From: an archaeon
Lineage (GTDB): Archaea; Undinarchaeota; Undinarchaeia; Undinarchaeales; JBDRKL01
Assembly: GCA_043814055.1 (NCBI GenBank)
Contig: JBDRKL010000006.1
Coordinates: forward strand, 1,679 to 65,678
DNA: 64,000 bases
Direction of reading: 5' to 3'
Below, in pieces: positions 10,572-19,951 of the stretch; within the stretch, counting starts at the first letter, position 1; every line of letters begins with the position of its first letter. The notes beneath the pieces were generated by a model that saw nothing but the letters and a program-made list of their open reading frames with translations, made no database searches and was not told where the DNA came from. The position numbers were made by a program, and so were the translations under genes.

Positions 10572-10850
10572 ATGGGCAGGAAACTATCCAACGAGGAATA
10601 CTCCAAACTGAAGAGAAATATTCTCAAGAAATTGTATGCGAACGAAGCGTTTCGCAAAGGTCATCTGCTGTTTGAACGGCTTCAGCATGGCATTCCACCG
10701 CACCTCTCTGGCTTTGTGAAGGGTGTTTTATCTGGCTTGCTGAACGAAGGGTTGGTGGTGCCCTATGGGAAGACAAAATATGGGGATGCGTACCAGTTAA
10801 ACATTCAAAAACTCCGCGAAATTGAAGAATATCTAAATTATCATAATTAG
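10572..10850 (+). CDS. Small winged-helix-like hypothetical protein
   Basis: TATA-like TTTTAAATA upstream; about 92 aa; followed by a wHTH gene. Confidence 0.6.
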   Translation: MGRKLSNEEYSKLKRNILKKLYANEAFRKGHLLFERLQHGIPPHLSGFVKGVLSGLLNEGLVVPYGKTKYGDAYQLNIQKLREIEEYLNYHN

Positions 10851-10885
10851 CCTATATCAGCTAAAAATAGAAATATATAAATACA

Positions 10886-11230
10886 ATGGAAATCACACAA
10901 AATGCAATGAGCAAGACAGTATTCCTCAGGGTATTTGGAGACACACCAATACTTCGCGTGCTGGACTTCCTCGTGGTGAACGAGGACTTTGACTACAGCA
11001 TGACTGACCTAGCAGAGCTCTCTTGCACGGGTTATGCTACGCTCAAATTGTTCTGGCCGCAGCTTGAGGCGAACAAAATAATAAAACAAACGCGCATTGT
11101 GGGGAAGGCAAAGATGTACAAGTTGAATTACTCAAATCCTGCTGTTTTGAAATTCCGGGAATTCTACTGGTCAATTACAAAACAGAAAGTAAATTCTGAG
11201 CCTGGCGTGAAACTCTTAGTGAAAAAATAA
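10886..11230 (+). CDS. Winged-HTH DNA-binding protein
   Basis: 'FGDTPILRVLDFL…DYSMTDLAELSCTGYATL…TRIVGKAKMYKLN', an archaeal wHTH pattern. Confidence 0.8.
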   Translation: MEITQNAMSKTVFLRVFGDTPILRVLDFLVVNEDFDYSMTDLAELSCTGYATLKLFWPQLEANKIIKQTRIVGKAKMYKLNYSNPAVLKFREFYWSITKQKVNSEPGVKLLVKK

Positions 11231-12133
11231 TTATCCTTTCCTGTCCTGCATTCTGAGCTCAAGCTTGTGTATTTCCTCGCCTTTCATTGCTTCGCCCAAC
11301 CCGCTTGAGAGATTTTTTAGCATTTCAGGATTATCATAATTGCTCGTTGCCTCAACTATTGCCTTCGCCATCTTCCTCGGGTTGTCCGCCTTGAAAATCC
11401 CAGAGCCCACAAAAATGCCGTCACACCCAAGCTGCATCATGAGCGACGCGTCCGCAGGAGTTGCAATTCCGCCTGCTGCGAAATTAACAACTGGCAAGCG
11501 CCCGAGTTTTCCTACTTGATTCACGAGCTCCACAGGAACTCTAAATTCTTTTGCCTTGTTCGCGAGGAACTCGTCGCACCCGAGCTCGTAGGACTCTCTA
11601 ATCTTCTTAATCTCAGCATTGATTATGCGAGTGTGCCTCACTGCCTCAACAACATTCCCTGTGCCTGGCTCGCCCTTTGTCCGAATCATCGCAGCGCCCT
11701 CGTTTATCCTGCGCAGGGCTTCTCCAAGATTCCTCGCTCCGCACACGAATGGCACTGTGAAATCCTTCTTTACAATGTGATTCATCTCATCCGCCGGCGT
11801 CAACACCTCGGACTCATCAACCATGTCAGCTCCGACTTCCTGTAGAATCTGTGCCTCAGCAAAATGCCCAATGCGGCACTTCGCCATAACTGGAATAGTA
11901 GTTGCTTCAATAATCTCCCTGACTTTCTCAGGGTCTGCCATCCGCGCCACGCCGCCCATTGCCCTGATGTCCGCTGGCACGCGCTCAAGCGCCATGACCG
12001 CGACAGAACCAGCTTTCTCAGCAATCTTGGCCTGCTCCACATTAACAACGTCCATAATCACGCCGCCCTTCTGCATCTTGGCGAATCCGCGCTTAAGCCG
12101 GTCAGAGCCGACTGTAATAGTAATGCTTGCCAT
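11231..12133 (-). CDS. pdxS: Pyridoxal 5'-phosphate synthase lyase subunit
   Basis: [49 protein letters not shown]. Confidence 0.98.
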   Translation of the reverse strand: MASITITVGSDRLKRGFAKMQKGGVIMDVVNVEQAKIAEKAGSVAVMALERVPADIRAMGGVARMADPEKVREIIEATTIPVMAKCRIGHFAEAQILQEVGADMVDESEVLTPADEMNHIVKKDFTVPFVCGARNLGEALRRINEGAAMIRTKGEPGTGNVVEAVRHTRIINAEIKKIRESYELGCDEFLANKAKEFRVPVELVNQVGKLGRLPVVNFAAGGIATPADASLMMQLGCDGIFVGSGIFKADNPRKMAKAIVEATSNYDNPEMLKNLSSGLGEAMKGEEIHKLELRMQDRKG

Positions 12134-12177
12134 TCCTGCTTCTCACTATGAATGGGGTATTTAATATCTTTTTTGCA

Positions 12178-12803
12178 TCATTGGTTCAGCCTGATTCTAA
12201 ACTTTTCCAGGGTTTCCCCAAAGAACGGGTTCTCAAAAATCAGGGGTTCAACAAGGCTGGGGTGCTCACTCTGTGTCTTTGCCATCCTCCTGAAGTTCGG
12301 CGTTGTGAAGTGCTCGTCTGCCATTTCACTTAGCTTCAATATAAAAAAGTGCAAAAGCGCCTGCGTAACTGCGGTTTTCCTGTCGTGCTCTTCTATTGTA
12401 GATTCAGTCAGGTTGAAGCCTGCCTCTCCCAAAAACCTCTTTGCCTTTTCAGTCTTTGTCCCGCCCTTCACTGGGATAAAAATCATGTTCTGCCCATCCA
12501 GCTCTGCGCCCGGCCCGAACATGGGGTGCAGACTTAAGATTTCAATGTCAAACCACTTTGCAAACTCAAGCGCATCTCTCAAGTGCGATTTGAGGGAGCA
12601 AATTTCAATCAGCAATGAGCCCTTTTTCATTTTGGGTGCGGTCTCCCTTATCACTTGGGCAGTGGCGCCAATCGGAACTGAAATTATAACCGCATCGCAA
12701 TCTTCGAGTTTTTTACCCACGCCAAAGCCACGCTGCTCCAAAAATCCTGCAATTAATCTGCCCATCCGCCCTCTGCCGCCGATAATCCCTACTACAGTGC
12801 CAT
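12178..12803 (-). CDS. tyrA: Prephenate dehydrogenase; its N-terminal Rossmann motif has no in-frame start (apparent -1 frameshift)
   Basis: VVGIIGGRGRMG (12795-12760) lies in frame upstream of the listed ATG 12765; SLHPMFGP; EEHD…QALLH. No ATG/GTG/TTG in that frame upstream of the motif. Confidence 0.85.
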
Positions 12804-13112
12804 TTGATACCGGCGCGTTTCGCGAGTCATATTCACTTCACCTCCTGTCTGTGGCTCTGTTATTTGTATCGACTCGCGATGCGAAAAGTTCACTTGTTCT
12901 TTTTTGCTGAGCCGTATCACTTCTCTTGCCACAGGTTCAAGCCCGTCCCATTTCCCAAGGACTTCACTCTCCCGTTCAGGGTCCTCAACCGCAGTCCTGC
13001 TATCCGCTTTGATGTTCCCTATGTCTCTCGCTACTTCAATCCTCTTCCAAATCAGCCTAATCAACTCCGCATCAATCAAGTCAATCTCCGAGCGCAGCTC
13101 TTTAATGCCCAT
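12792..13112 (-). CDS. aroQ: Chorismate mutase (AroQ type) with C-terminal extension
   Basis: LRSEIDLIDAELIRLIWKR…IGNIK…DPERE…IRLSKKEQ. Confidence 0.9.
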   Translation of the reverse strand: MGIKELRSEIDLIDAELIRLIWKRIEVARDIGNIKADSRTAVEDPERESEVLGKWDGLEPVAREVIRLSKKEQVNFSHRESIQITEPQTGGEVNMTRETRRYQMAL

Positions 13113-13440
13113 TCATATCCTCCATGACGATCTCCCCAACGAGGGTTAGTCCAACGCTTAACCCCTTGTTCCCTGCATCGCCGCAAACTATCAAGTTCAC
13201 ATCCCGAAGCGTCTGCAGTATCACCCTCACCGTGCTCTCCCCGAGGCACAGCTCTGCTGAAAGCCCCCTCAGCAGGGCAGACATTGTAATTTCATTTTCC
13301 AATTCTGCAACCTTCTTTAAAACTCGCTTTTGGTTTTTTGTCAGCCGCTTCCTGCTCAGCCTGAGCACAGCTTCCAAAAGCTCCTTCTGGCCCGCCCCTT
13401 CAGGCAGACCTCTCAGTATTGGCGCGGGGTCACCGCGCAT
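13102..13440 (-). CDS. Small winged-HTH protein, putative regulator in the chorismate mutase/tyrA operon
   Basis: LTKNQKRVL…ITMSALLRGLS…ESTVRVILQTLRDVNLI…LTLVGE, a wHTH pattern. Confidence 0.7.
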   Translation of the reverse strand: MRGDPAPILRGLPEGAGQKELLEAVLRLSRKRLTKNQKRVLKKVAELENEITMSALLRGLSAELCLGESTVRVILQTLRDVNLIVCGDAGNKGLSVGLTLVGEIVMEDMNGH

Positions 13441-13476
13441 TGAAATTGGCAGGCATCACCTTTCATATTTTTCACC

Positions 13477-13614
13477 TCAGTTTTTCCCATTTGCAACTAT
13501 CACTATCTTTCCCAGGATCCGCGTAACCCTGAGGTCGTGTTTTGGGACCTCTAGGCTGTCGACTACTTTTTTCACTTCTTTTTCCGTTGCCATTGGGCTC
13601 ATTACCACTATCAT
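13477..13614 (-). CDS. Unannotated 45-aa ORF resembling the N-terminal part of the ferredoxin-like/ACT regulatory domain of type I-beta DAHP synthase
   Basis: MIVVMSPMATEKEVKKVVDSLEVPKHDLRVTRILGKIVIVANGKN*; SD AGGTGA 6 nt upstream; resembles the MIVVLKPGSTEEDIRKVV… N-terminus of Thermotoga-type DAH7PS (from memory). Confidence 0.7.
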   Translation of the reverse strand: MIVVMSPMATEKEVKKVVDSLEVPKHDLRVTRILGKIVIVANGKN

Positions 13615-13620
13615 ATTCAT

Positions 13621-13698
13621 TCACCTGGTGGCAATAATCCTGTCTAGAACTCAGCAAGCAATGCAGTGAGAACCCGACAGAATTAGCCAGAACCAGGT
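13621..13698 (-). promoter_or_regulatory. Long RNA hairpin sequestering the SD of the 13614 ORF
   Basis: ACCUGGU/ACCAGGU, UGGC/GCCA, UAAU/AUUA, UCUGUC/GACAGG and CUCA/UGAG pairings; the 3' arm contains AGGU of the SD. Confidence 0.7.
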
Positions 13699-13705
13699 CC
13701 TCTAA

Positions 13706-13771
13706 TCAGTAAAAATAGCCAAAGCTAGATGTTTCAATTCCCTGTTCCTGTAGTGCAACAGCTTTGGTCAT
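13706..13771 (-). CDS. Phe/Tyr-rich leader peptide 2 (MTKAVALQEQGIETSSFGYFY)
   Basis: 21-codon ORF with TATA-like TTTATAAAA ~27 nt upstream; homologous to the leader at 20857-20919. Confidence 0.75.
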   Translation of the reverse strand: MTKAVALQEQGIETSSFGYFY

Positions 13772-13825
13772 TTTTCTTCTTTCACAGTGTATGTTCTTTT
13801 ATAAATAAGTTTTGGGCAAAAGACC

Positions 13826-14968
13826 CTAAAACACCCTGCCAAGGCTCTCAACCGCGTTCTCAAGCTCTTTCATTGGCCTTGAAAAGTTCATGCGCACATA
13901 GCTCTTCCATTCTTCCCCGAACTCCTCGCCCGGCACAACTGCCACGTTCGCCTCTTCCAAAGCTTTCTCTGTGAATGCGTCCCCGTCCATTCCAAGCCCG
14001 CTTACATCTGAGAACACATAGTATGCACCCTGCGGCATGAACGGCTTCAGCCCAAGCTTCTCAAGCTCCGGTACAATGTAGTCCCTTCGCTCCTCGTATC
14101 CATTCCTCATTTCCTCCACGCAGTCCTGTGGTCCCTTGAGCGCTGCGAGCGCTGCGTGCTGGCCCATTGAGGGTGCAGCTATGACCAAGTGTGTGTGCAG
14201 CTCTGTTATGGGCTTCATGAGTTCTTTCTCACATGTTACGTAACCCACGCGCCACCCAGTCATCGCGTACGTCTTTGAAAACCCGCTGAGCGTTACAGTC
14301 CTTTCCTGCATGCCATCGAACGAGCCAATGCTATGGTGCCTGTTCCCATCGTATAAGAGGTACTCATAAATTTCATCGCTGAGCACGAACAGGTCCTTGT
14401 CCATTGCAATGTCCGCAATCGCCTTGAGCTCGCCCTTGCCAAGCACGCGGCCGCTGGGGTTCTGCGGGCTGTTGAGCAGAATCGCCCTAGTTTTCCCAGT
14501 TACTGCGCCTTTCATAGCCTCTTCATTCAGCTTCAGCTCATCGCCCTCAAGCGGAACTTCTACTTTCTTTCCGTGCGCCATCTCAACGCTCGCCCTGTTC
14601 GTTGAGAAGCACGGGTTTATGAGAATGACTTCATCATCAGGATCAACCAGACCAAGCATGGTTGCAGAGAGCCCTTCCATTGCCCCAACTGTGATAATGA
14701 CTTCGCTCTCCGGGTCTGCCTCAATCTTGTTGTAGCTCTTCAGCTTTTCAGAAACCGCCTCGCGCAGTTCTTTGTAACCAATCATGGGCGCATACTGGTT
14801 GTGCCCTGCAACTATTGATTCAATCGCCGCTTTCTTTATGTGCTCAGGCGTGTCAAAGCCCGGGCTGCCCTGGGCCAGCATTATTGCCCCGCGTTTGTAC
14901 GCCTCAAGTGTCATGCTGCGTATTTTGCACGTCCCAACCCGCGTTGACCTTTCTGAATATTTCTTCAT
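13826..14968 (-). CDS. Class I/II PLP aminotransferase (probable aromatic/aspartate aminotransferase)
   Basis: LNSPQNPSG, LSDEIYE, SGFSKTYAMTGWRVGY; last gene of the aro operon. Confidence 0.92.
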   Translation of the reverse strand: MKKYSERSTRVGTCKIRSMTLEAYKRGAIMLAQGSPGFDTPEHIKKAAIESIVAGHNQYAPMIGYKELREAVSEKLKSYNKIEADPESEVIITVGAMEGLSATMLGLVDPDDEVILINPCFSTNRASVEMAHGKKVEVPLEGDELKLNEEAMKGAVTGKTRAILLNSPQNPSGRVLGKGELKAIADIAMDKDLFVLSDEIYEYLLYDGNRHHSIGSFDGMQERTVTLSGFSKTYAMTGWRVGYVTCEKELMKPITELHTHLVIAAPSMGQHAALAALKGPQDCVEEMRNGYEERRDYIVPELEKLGLKPFMPQGAYYVFSDVSGLGMDGDAFTEKALEEANVAVVPGEEFGEEWKSYVRMNFSRPMKELENAVESLGRVF

Positions 14969-15963
14969 TGCTCTCCCTTGTTTTTCCTACTTAATAAATG
15001 GTCCAAAATCACGATTGCAACCATGGCCTCTGCAACCGGGAGTATGCGCGGAACTATGCACGGGTCGTGCCTGCCCTTTACAGAAAGCTTTGCCGGCTTC
15101 ATTGTCCTCAAGTCAATCGTGTCCTGCTCCTTTGCTATAGATGATGTGGGCTTGACAGCTATTCTACAGACAATCGGCATGCCGTTTGAAATCCCGCCCA
15201 GAATGCCTCCTGCGTTGTTTGTCCTTGTTTTCAGCTCTCCATCCTCAACAACAATCGCATCATTGTTCTCAGAGCCGAGCATCTTCGCAGATTCAAACCC
15301 TGCGCCAATCTCAACGCCTTTCACAGCTGGAATGCTCATCAGTGCCTTTGCAAGCTCTGCGTCAAGCTTGCCGAACACTGGCTCGCCTAGGCCTGGCGGA
15401 ATCCCGGTTGCTGTAATCTCCACAATGCCGCCAACAGAATCCCCGTCCGCTTTTGTTTTTAGAATCTCATCTTCAATGCCTTCGTTCATCCCGTGGACTT
15501 CAATGATTCTTGTCGCTATTTCAATCCCCTCTTTCTCCAAGACCTGCTTTGCAACCGCGCCTGCCAAGACTCTCCCGACTGTTTCACGGCCTGAGGCCCT
15601 TCCACCCCCTGCCGGGATTTTTCCAAACTTCTGGAACTGCGCCATGTCCGCGTGCCCCGGCCGCGGCTTATTCATTATTTCGGAGTAGTCCTCTGGGCGT
15701 GCGTCCACGTTCCTGACCTGCAGTTTGATGGCTCCAGTGGCCTTGCCGTTCTCTATGCCTGAAACAACCTCAAGCTTGTCTGGCTCTTTCCTTGCAGAGC
15801 TCAGTTCGCTGTGCCCTGGCCTCCTGCGGCTTAGTTCCTCCTGGATTCCGTCAAGCGAAATTTCAGTGCCTGCAGGAACCCCTTCAATCACGCAGCCCAC
15901 TGCATCTCCGTGGGACTCGCCATGTGTGGTTACTTTGAAGCTCTTTCCTATTGTGTCGCTCAT
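14965..15963 (-). CDS. aroC: Chorismate synthase
   Basis: GESHG, RPGHAD, RASGRET, KPTSSI, GRHDPCIVPR. Confidence 0.98.
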   Translation of the reverse strand: MSDTIGKSFKVTTHGESHGDAVGCVIEGVPAGTEISLDGIQEELSRRRPGHSELSSARKEPDKLEVVSGIENGKATGAIKLQVRNVDARPEDYSEIMNKPRPGHADMAQFQKFGKIPAGGGRASGRETVGRVLAGAVAKQVLEKEGIEIATRIIEVHGMNEGIEDEILKTKADGDSVGGIVEITATGIPPGLGEPVFGKLDAELAKALMSIPAVKGVEIGAGFESAKMLGSENNDAIVVEDGELKTRTNNAGGILGGISNGMPIVCRIAVKPTSSIAKEQDTIDLRTMKPAKLSVKGRHDPCIVPRILPVAEAMVAIVILDHLLSRKNKGEQ

Positions 15964-17096
15964 CCTTCCACCTCCATATTCGCCCCAAGGCTCTGCATAA
16001 CCTCAACAAAATTTGGGAACGACACAGAGAGCATCTCCGCATCCGAAATCTTGGTTTCACCCTCTGCAATCAGCCCTGCAACCGCGAGCGCCATTACAAT
16101 CCGATGGTCCTTGTGGCCGTCCACAGCCGTGCCGCTGAGTGAGCTCTTCCCAACTATGAGCCCGTCTGGCTTTTCTTCAACCTCCACTCCCATCTTCCCG
16201 AGCTCAGAGGCCATGGCAGCTATCCTGTCGCATTCCTTCTCGCGGCAATGCCCTGCGCCGCTGATTTCTATTCCTTGTTTAACGCCGAGCACTGAAACTA
16301 TGGGGAGCAGGTCTGGGTTATCATTCAGGTTGATTTGTCTTGGCTTTTCCCTGAGTATACCCAGAATCCGCTTGTCCCCCTGCACATCGTTGGTCTCAAG
16401 ATTTGCAATCTCTACTTTTGAACCAGTGAGCTCAGCTGCAGCCAGCAGATTCGCAGCAGCTGAGAAATCTCCTGGCACTTTGAAATCCGTTGCTTTTGGA
16501 ATCTGGCCTCCTTTTATCTTGAACATATTCCCCTCTTTTTCAATCCCAATCCCAACCCGTTTCAAATGCCCCAAGGTCATCTCCAGGTATGGCCTCGACC
16601 TGAGATTTCTCACAACGATTTCTGTATCAGTCTCCAACAGCGGGCATGCCATCAAAAGCGCGGAAACGAACTGTGAGCTCGTCCCTTCAATCTCAGCCCT
16701 GCCTGTTTTCTTAATCTCTTCGCACGCATCGAGCAGCGGCTGTATCGGCCTCTTCTGGATTGATTCATCGCCCTGCATCTCCATTCCCAGGCCAAGCAGG
16801 GAATTCAATGCTGAAAACAGCCTGAGAGTGGTGCCTGAGTTCATCACATCCACGGGCCCTATGTTCTTTATCAGGTTCCCTGCAACTCCTTTTATTTCAC
16901 TGCCAACCACTTCAGCCCCAATCGCCTTGCATGCATCGATGGTTGCGCTTGTGTCATCGCAAATCAGCATATTCTCAATTCTTGAAACCCCGTCCGCGAG
17001 ACTTGCCAGTAGCAAAGCGCGGTGCGTATGGCTCTTAGAGCCCGGCACTTCTGCTTGGCCTTCAAGCCTTTCAGTTTTTTTCACCAAGAGCTTCAT
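15960..17096 (-). CDS. aroA: EPSP synthase (compact, 378 aa)
   Basis: PGSKSHTHR, NSGTTLR, SSQFVSALLMA, REKECDRI, DHRIVMA. Confidence 0.95.
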   Translation of the reverse strand: MKLLVKKTERLEGQAEVPGSKSHTHRALLLASLADGVSRIENMLICDDTSATIDACKAIGAEVVGSEIKGVAGNLIKNIGPVDVMNSGTTLRLFSALNSLLGLGMEMQGDESIQKRPIQPLLDACEEIKKTGRAEIEGTSSQFVSALLMACPLLETDTEIVVRNLRSRPYLEMTLGHLKRVGIGIEKEGNMFKIKGGQIPKATDFKVPGDFSAAANLLAAAELTGSKVEIANLETNDVQGDKRILGILREKPRQINLNDNPDLLPIVSVLGVKQGIEISGAGHCREKECDRIAAMASELGKMGVEVEEKPDGLIVGKSSLSGTAVDGHKDHRIVMALAVAGLIAEGETKISDAEMLSVSFPNFVEVMQSLGANMEVEG

Positions 17097-17910
17097 TTAA
17101 TGCCTCCCTCATCACTTCAACCGGCGCATCTTTGCCTGTGAATATCCTGAACTGTTCCGCACCCTGGTGCACGAGCATCCCGCGGCCTTCAACAATCTTG
17201 CACCCTGCTTTCCCGGCCTCCTTTAGCAGCAAAGTCTTCCTTGGCGTGTACACTATGTCGTTCACAACCAGGCCGGGGTGCATATCCACGGCTTTCACAA
17301 GAGTTTTATCCTCCTGCGTGCCCTTCATCCCAACTGATGTTGTGTTTATGAGGATGTCCACGTTTCTTATTTTAGAACCCAAATTGCTCAAATCGCCCGC
17401 GGCAACCTCCAGCCCAGTCTCTTCATTCACATCCCGCGCAAGGGCCTCGGCTTTTTCAGGCGTCCTGTTCGCAATCTCCAAAGCCTCAGCGCCGCTCAAC
17501 GCAAGTGTGAAAGCAATGGCCCTTGCTGCCCCGCCCGCGCCCAGAATCAAGGCGCTCTTCCCGGAAACTTCAACGCCTGCCTCTTCCAGCGCATTCACGC
17601 ACCCAATGCCGTCAGTGTTGTGGCCAACCAGCTTGTTTTCTTTCCTTTGCACAGTGTTGACTGCTCCAATCAGCTCGGCCTCTTTTGACAATCCGTCCAT
17701 CAGCGGCAGGATGCTCTGCTTGTGCGGTATTGTTATGCTCGCTCCGCTTATCTCGCCGCTGCGAATCCTCTCAATGAACTTCTTGAGCTCTTCGGGCTTG
17801 ACGCGAATCTTCTCGTAAGTGTGCTCCAGTCCAAGCTCCCTTAGGGCCGCATTGTGCATCGCGGGGCTCAGCGAGTGCTCCACAGGGTCCCCAATCACGC
17901 AGAGTTTCAT
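17071..17910 (-). CDS. aroE: Shikimate dehydrogenase
   Basis: HSLSPAMHN, TIPHK, GAVNT, NTDG, GAGGAAR, GMLVHQG. Confidence 0.97.
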   Translation of the reverse strand: MKLCVIGDPVEHSLSPAMHNAALRELGLEHTYEKIRVKPEELKKFIERIRSGEISGASITIPHKQSILPLMDGLSKEAELIGAVNTVQRKENKLVGHNTDGIGCVNALEEAGVEVSGKSALILGAGGAARAIAFTLALSGAEALEIANRTPEKAEALARDVNEETGLEVAAGDLSNLGSKIRNVDILINTTSVGMKGTQEDKTLVKAVDMHPGLVVNDIVYTPRKTLLLKEAGKAGCKIVEGRGMLVHQGAEQFRIFTGKDAPVEVMREALNEALGEKN

Positions 17911-18989
17911 CTCAGCCCAGCCTCCTTGTATATATTGACCATGCTTTCAAGCGGAAGCTGCCCCGGCGCGATGTTTCCTGCGTAGGTCAGGTAAGAGCCA
18001 AGGAGCGGCGCTGCAACCCTTGTGTGCCTGCCAAGTTCGCCCATTCCAACCACAATCAGGTCTTTCCTTTCCTGGGCGAGCTTAAGAAGCCTTTCAGCAT
18101 CCTCAAGAGTGTTCACTTTGCACGCAATTTTCTTCAAATCCCCGCCCTCTGGGATTTTAATTTCCTCCGGCGTCTTCTCGAAGTCGTGCATGGACACTAT
18201 GACCTTGCAGCCGTTGAGCCTGGCCTTCTTGACGATCCTTTCCTTGTTTTCATCTTCAGCGTCAACGTCCACTAGGTCGCACCCCGCTTCAATCGCCCTA
18301 ATTATATTCTCCGGGTTCTCCCGGTCAGTTGCAATCACAGGAAGCCCGCTCATCTGGACCAGCTGGAGTATCTGCGGGTTCTCAATCAGGTCGAGCCGCA
18401 GCTCAACCATGCCCGCGCCTTTCTCCAAGGCTGACTCTATTTGTTTTTCCGGGTTCTCCCCTGCAATGCACGCGCATATTCTGACACTTGGAAGTTTTAT
18501 TAGCGACACCACTTTCTGTGCAACTTCTTCAATGCTAAGCCCATCAGTTTCAATCGTGAAGTCCGCGTTCCTGTAGAACGGCATTCTGCCCTCTGAGTGC
18601 TTTCTCAGCTCCTCCTCTGGATTCAGCTTGTTCAGCAGCGGCCTGTCCTTCTTGCCTTTCAGCCTCTCATGCAAAGTCTCCACTGAGGCCTTCAGATTTA
18701 CAACCAAGCCATTGCGCCTCAGGCGCCTCATGTTTACAAACCTCAGGACAGCACCGCCCCCTGTTGCAATCACGTGATTGTCGAGCTTAGCTACCTCTGC
18801 AACAACGCTTTCCTCAAGCTCCCTGAACTTTCCCTGGCCGTGCTTTTCAAATATTTCATTTATGCCCATCCCCGCTTTCTGCACAACGAGCTCGTCCGTG
18901 TCCACAAATTCCATTCCAAGCGCTTCCGCTACATCTTCCCCAACTGCGCTTTTCCCAGAGCCCATCGGGCCTGTTAGAACGAGGTTCAT
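17907..18989 (-). CDS. aroK-aroD: Fusion of bacterial-type shikimate kinase (AroK) and type I 3-dehydroquinate dehydratase (AroD)
   Basis: N-terminal GPMGSGKS P-loop, DTD, ATGGG, RPLL; C-terminal VELRLD, SMHDFEKTP, KIA, MGELG…R, APGQ. Confidence 0.92.
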   Translation of the reverse strand: MNLVLTGPMGSGKSAVGEDVAEALGMEFVDTDELVVQKAGMGINEIFEKHGQGKFRELEESVVAEVAKLDNHVIATGGGAVLRFVNMRRLRRNGLVVNLKASVETLHERLKGKKDRPLLNKLNPEEELRKHSEGRMPFYRNADFTIETDGLSIEEVAQKVVSLIKLPSVRICACIAGENPEKQIESALEKGAGMVELRLDLIENPQILQLVQMSGLPVIATDRENPENIIRAIEAGCDLVDVDAEDENKERIVKKARLNGCKVIVSMHDFEKTPEEIKIPEGGDLKKIACKVNTLEDAERLLKLAQERKDLIVVGMGELGRHTRVAAPLLGSYLTYAGNIAPGQLPLESMVNIYKEAGLR

Positions 18990-19951
18990 AAATATCTCAC
19001 CTCAACTTCTCCGATTGACTTTGGGACCACAACCCTGATTTTTTCGCCTTGTTTCTTCTTGTCAACTTTCATGGCTTCCCTCAGCTCTTCATCAGTGAAC
19101 TCTGTTTCAGTGGGCAAGCCGATTCTCTCCAGCAAGTTTCGTATTCTTTCAACTTCGACTCCACTCAGCTCAGCCGCTTTTACAAGGCCCATTGCAACCG
19201 CCTCACCGTGCGGAATTGTGCAGTTGCTCAATTTCTCTATGGCGTGCCCGAAAGTATGCCCCAAATTGAGCTTCATCCGCTCGCCTCTCTGCTCAAGCTC
19301 ATCCTGCTCAACAATTCTTGCTTTCACTTTAACGCAGCGAGCCACAATCTCCTCCTGAAGCGTTTCATCCTTCTCCATAATCTGGTCAAGCTCCAGCTCA
19401 ATCAGCTCAAACAGCCCGGCATCCCCTACAATCGCGGTCTTCACAACCTCTGCAAGCCCATTCTGCATCTCCTTCTCCGGCAATGTCTTTAGGAGCGAAA
19501 CATCGCTCACAACGAGCTTCGGCTGCTTGAACGCCCCAACCAGATTCTTGCCCTGCAGCAAATTCACTCCCACTTTCCCGCCGATTGAACTGTCGACCTG
19601 TGCGAGCAGTGTCGTTGGCACCTGAATGAGCGGAACTCCGCGCATGAAACTTGCTGCGGCCATGCCTGTGGTGTCTCCAACCACCCCGCCACCCAATGCA
19701 ATTAAGGCAGTGCCCCTGTTCGCGCCTAGCTCCACGAGTTCCTCGCACAATTTCTTCACAGTTTCCAGGCTCTTCGCCATCTCAGAATCACCAATCTCCA
19801 AAATCGGGCACTTCAGGAATGAGCCGTGCAGCTTTCTCACAGTTGGGTTTGTAATGCACACAGCATTCTCCTGCTCAACCCGCCCAAGCAATCCAGTTCC
19901 CACTAGAACTGTGTGCTTCCTTTTCCCCAGGTCCACTGTAATCTTTCTCAT
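18986..19951 (-). CDS. aroB: 3-dehydroquinate synthase (bacterial type)
   Basis: [46 protein letters not shown]. Confidence 0.97.
   Translation of the reverse strand: MRKITVDLGKRKHTVLVGTGLLGRVEQENAVCITNPTVRKLHGSFLKCPILEIGDSEMAKSLETVKKLCEELVELGANRGTALIALGGGVVGDTTGMAAASFMRGVPLIQVPTTLLAQVDSSIGGKVGVNLLQGKNLVGAFKQPKLVVSDVSLLKTLPEKEMQNGLAEVVKTAIVGDAGLFELIELELDQIMEKDETLQEEIVARCVKVKARIVEQDELEQRGERMKLNLGHTFGHAIEKLSNCTIPHGEAVAMGLVKAAELSGVEVERIRNLLERIGLPTETEFTDEELREAMKVDKKKQGEKIRVVVPKSIGEVEVRYL

Noticed and set aside
13472-13657. Listed 61-aa minus-strand ORF
   Set aside because: The overlapping frame 13477-13614 has an SD and a recognisable DAHP-synthase-like N-terminus, so it is preferred.
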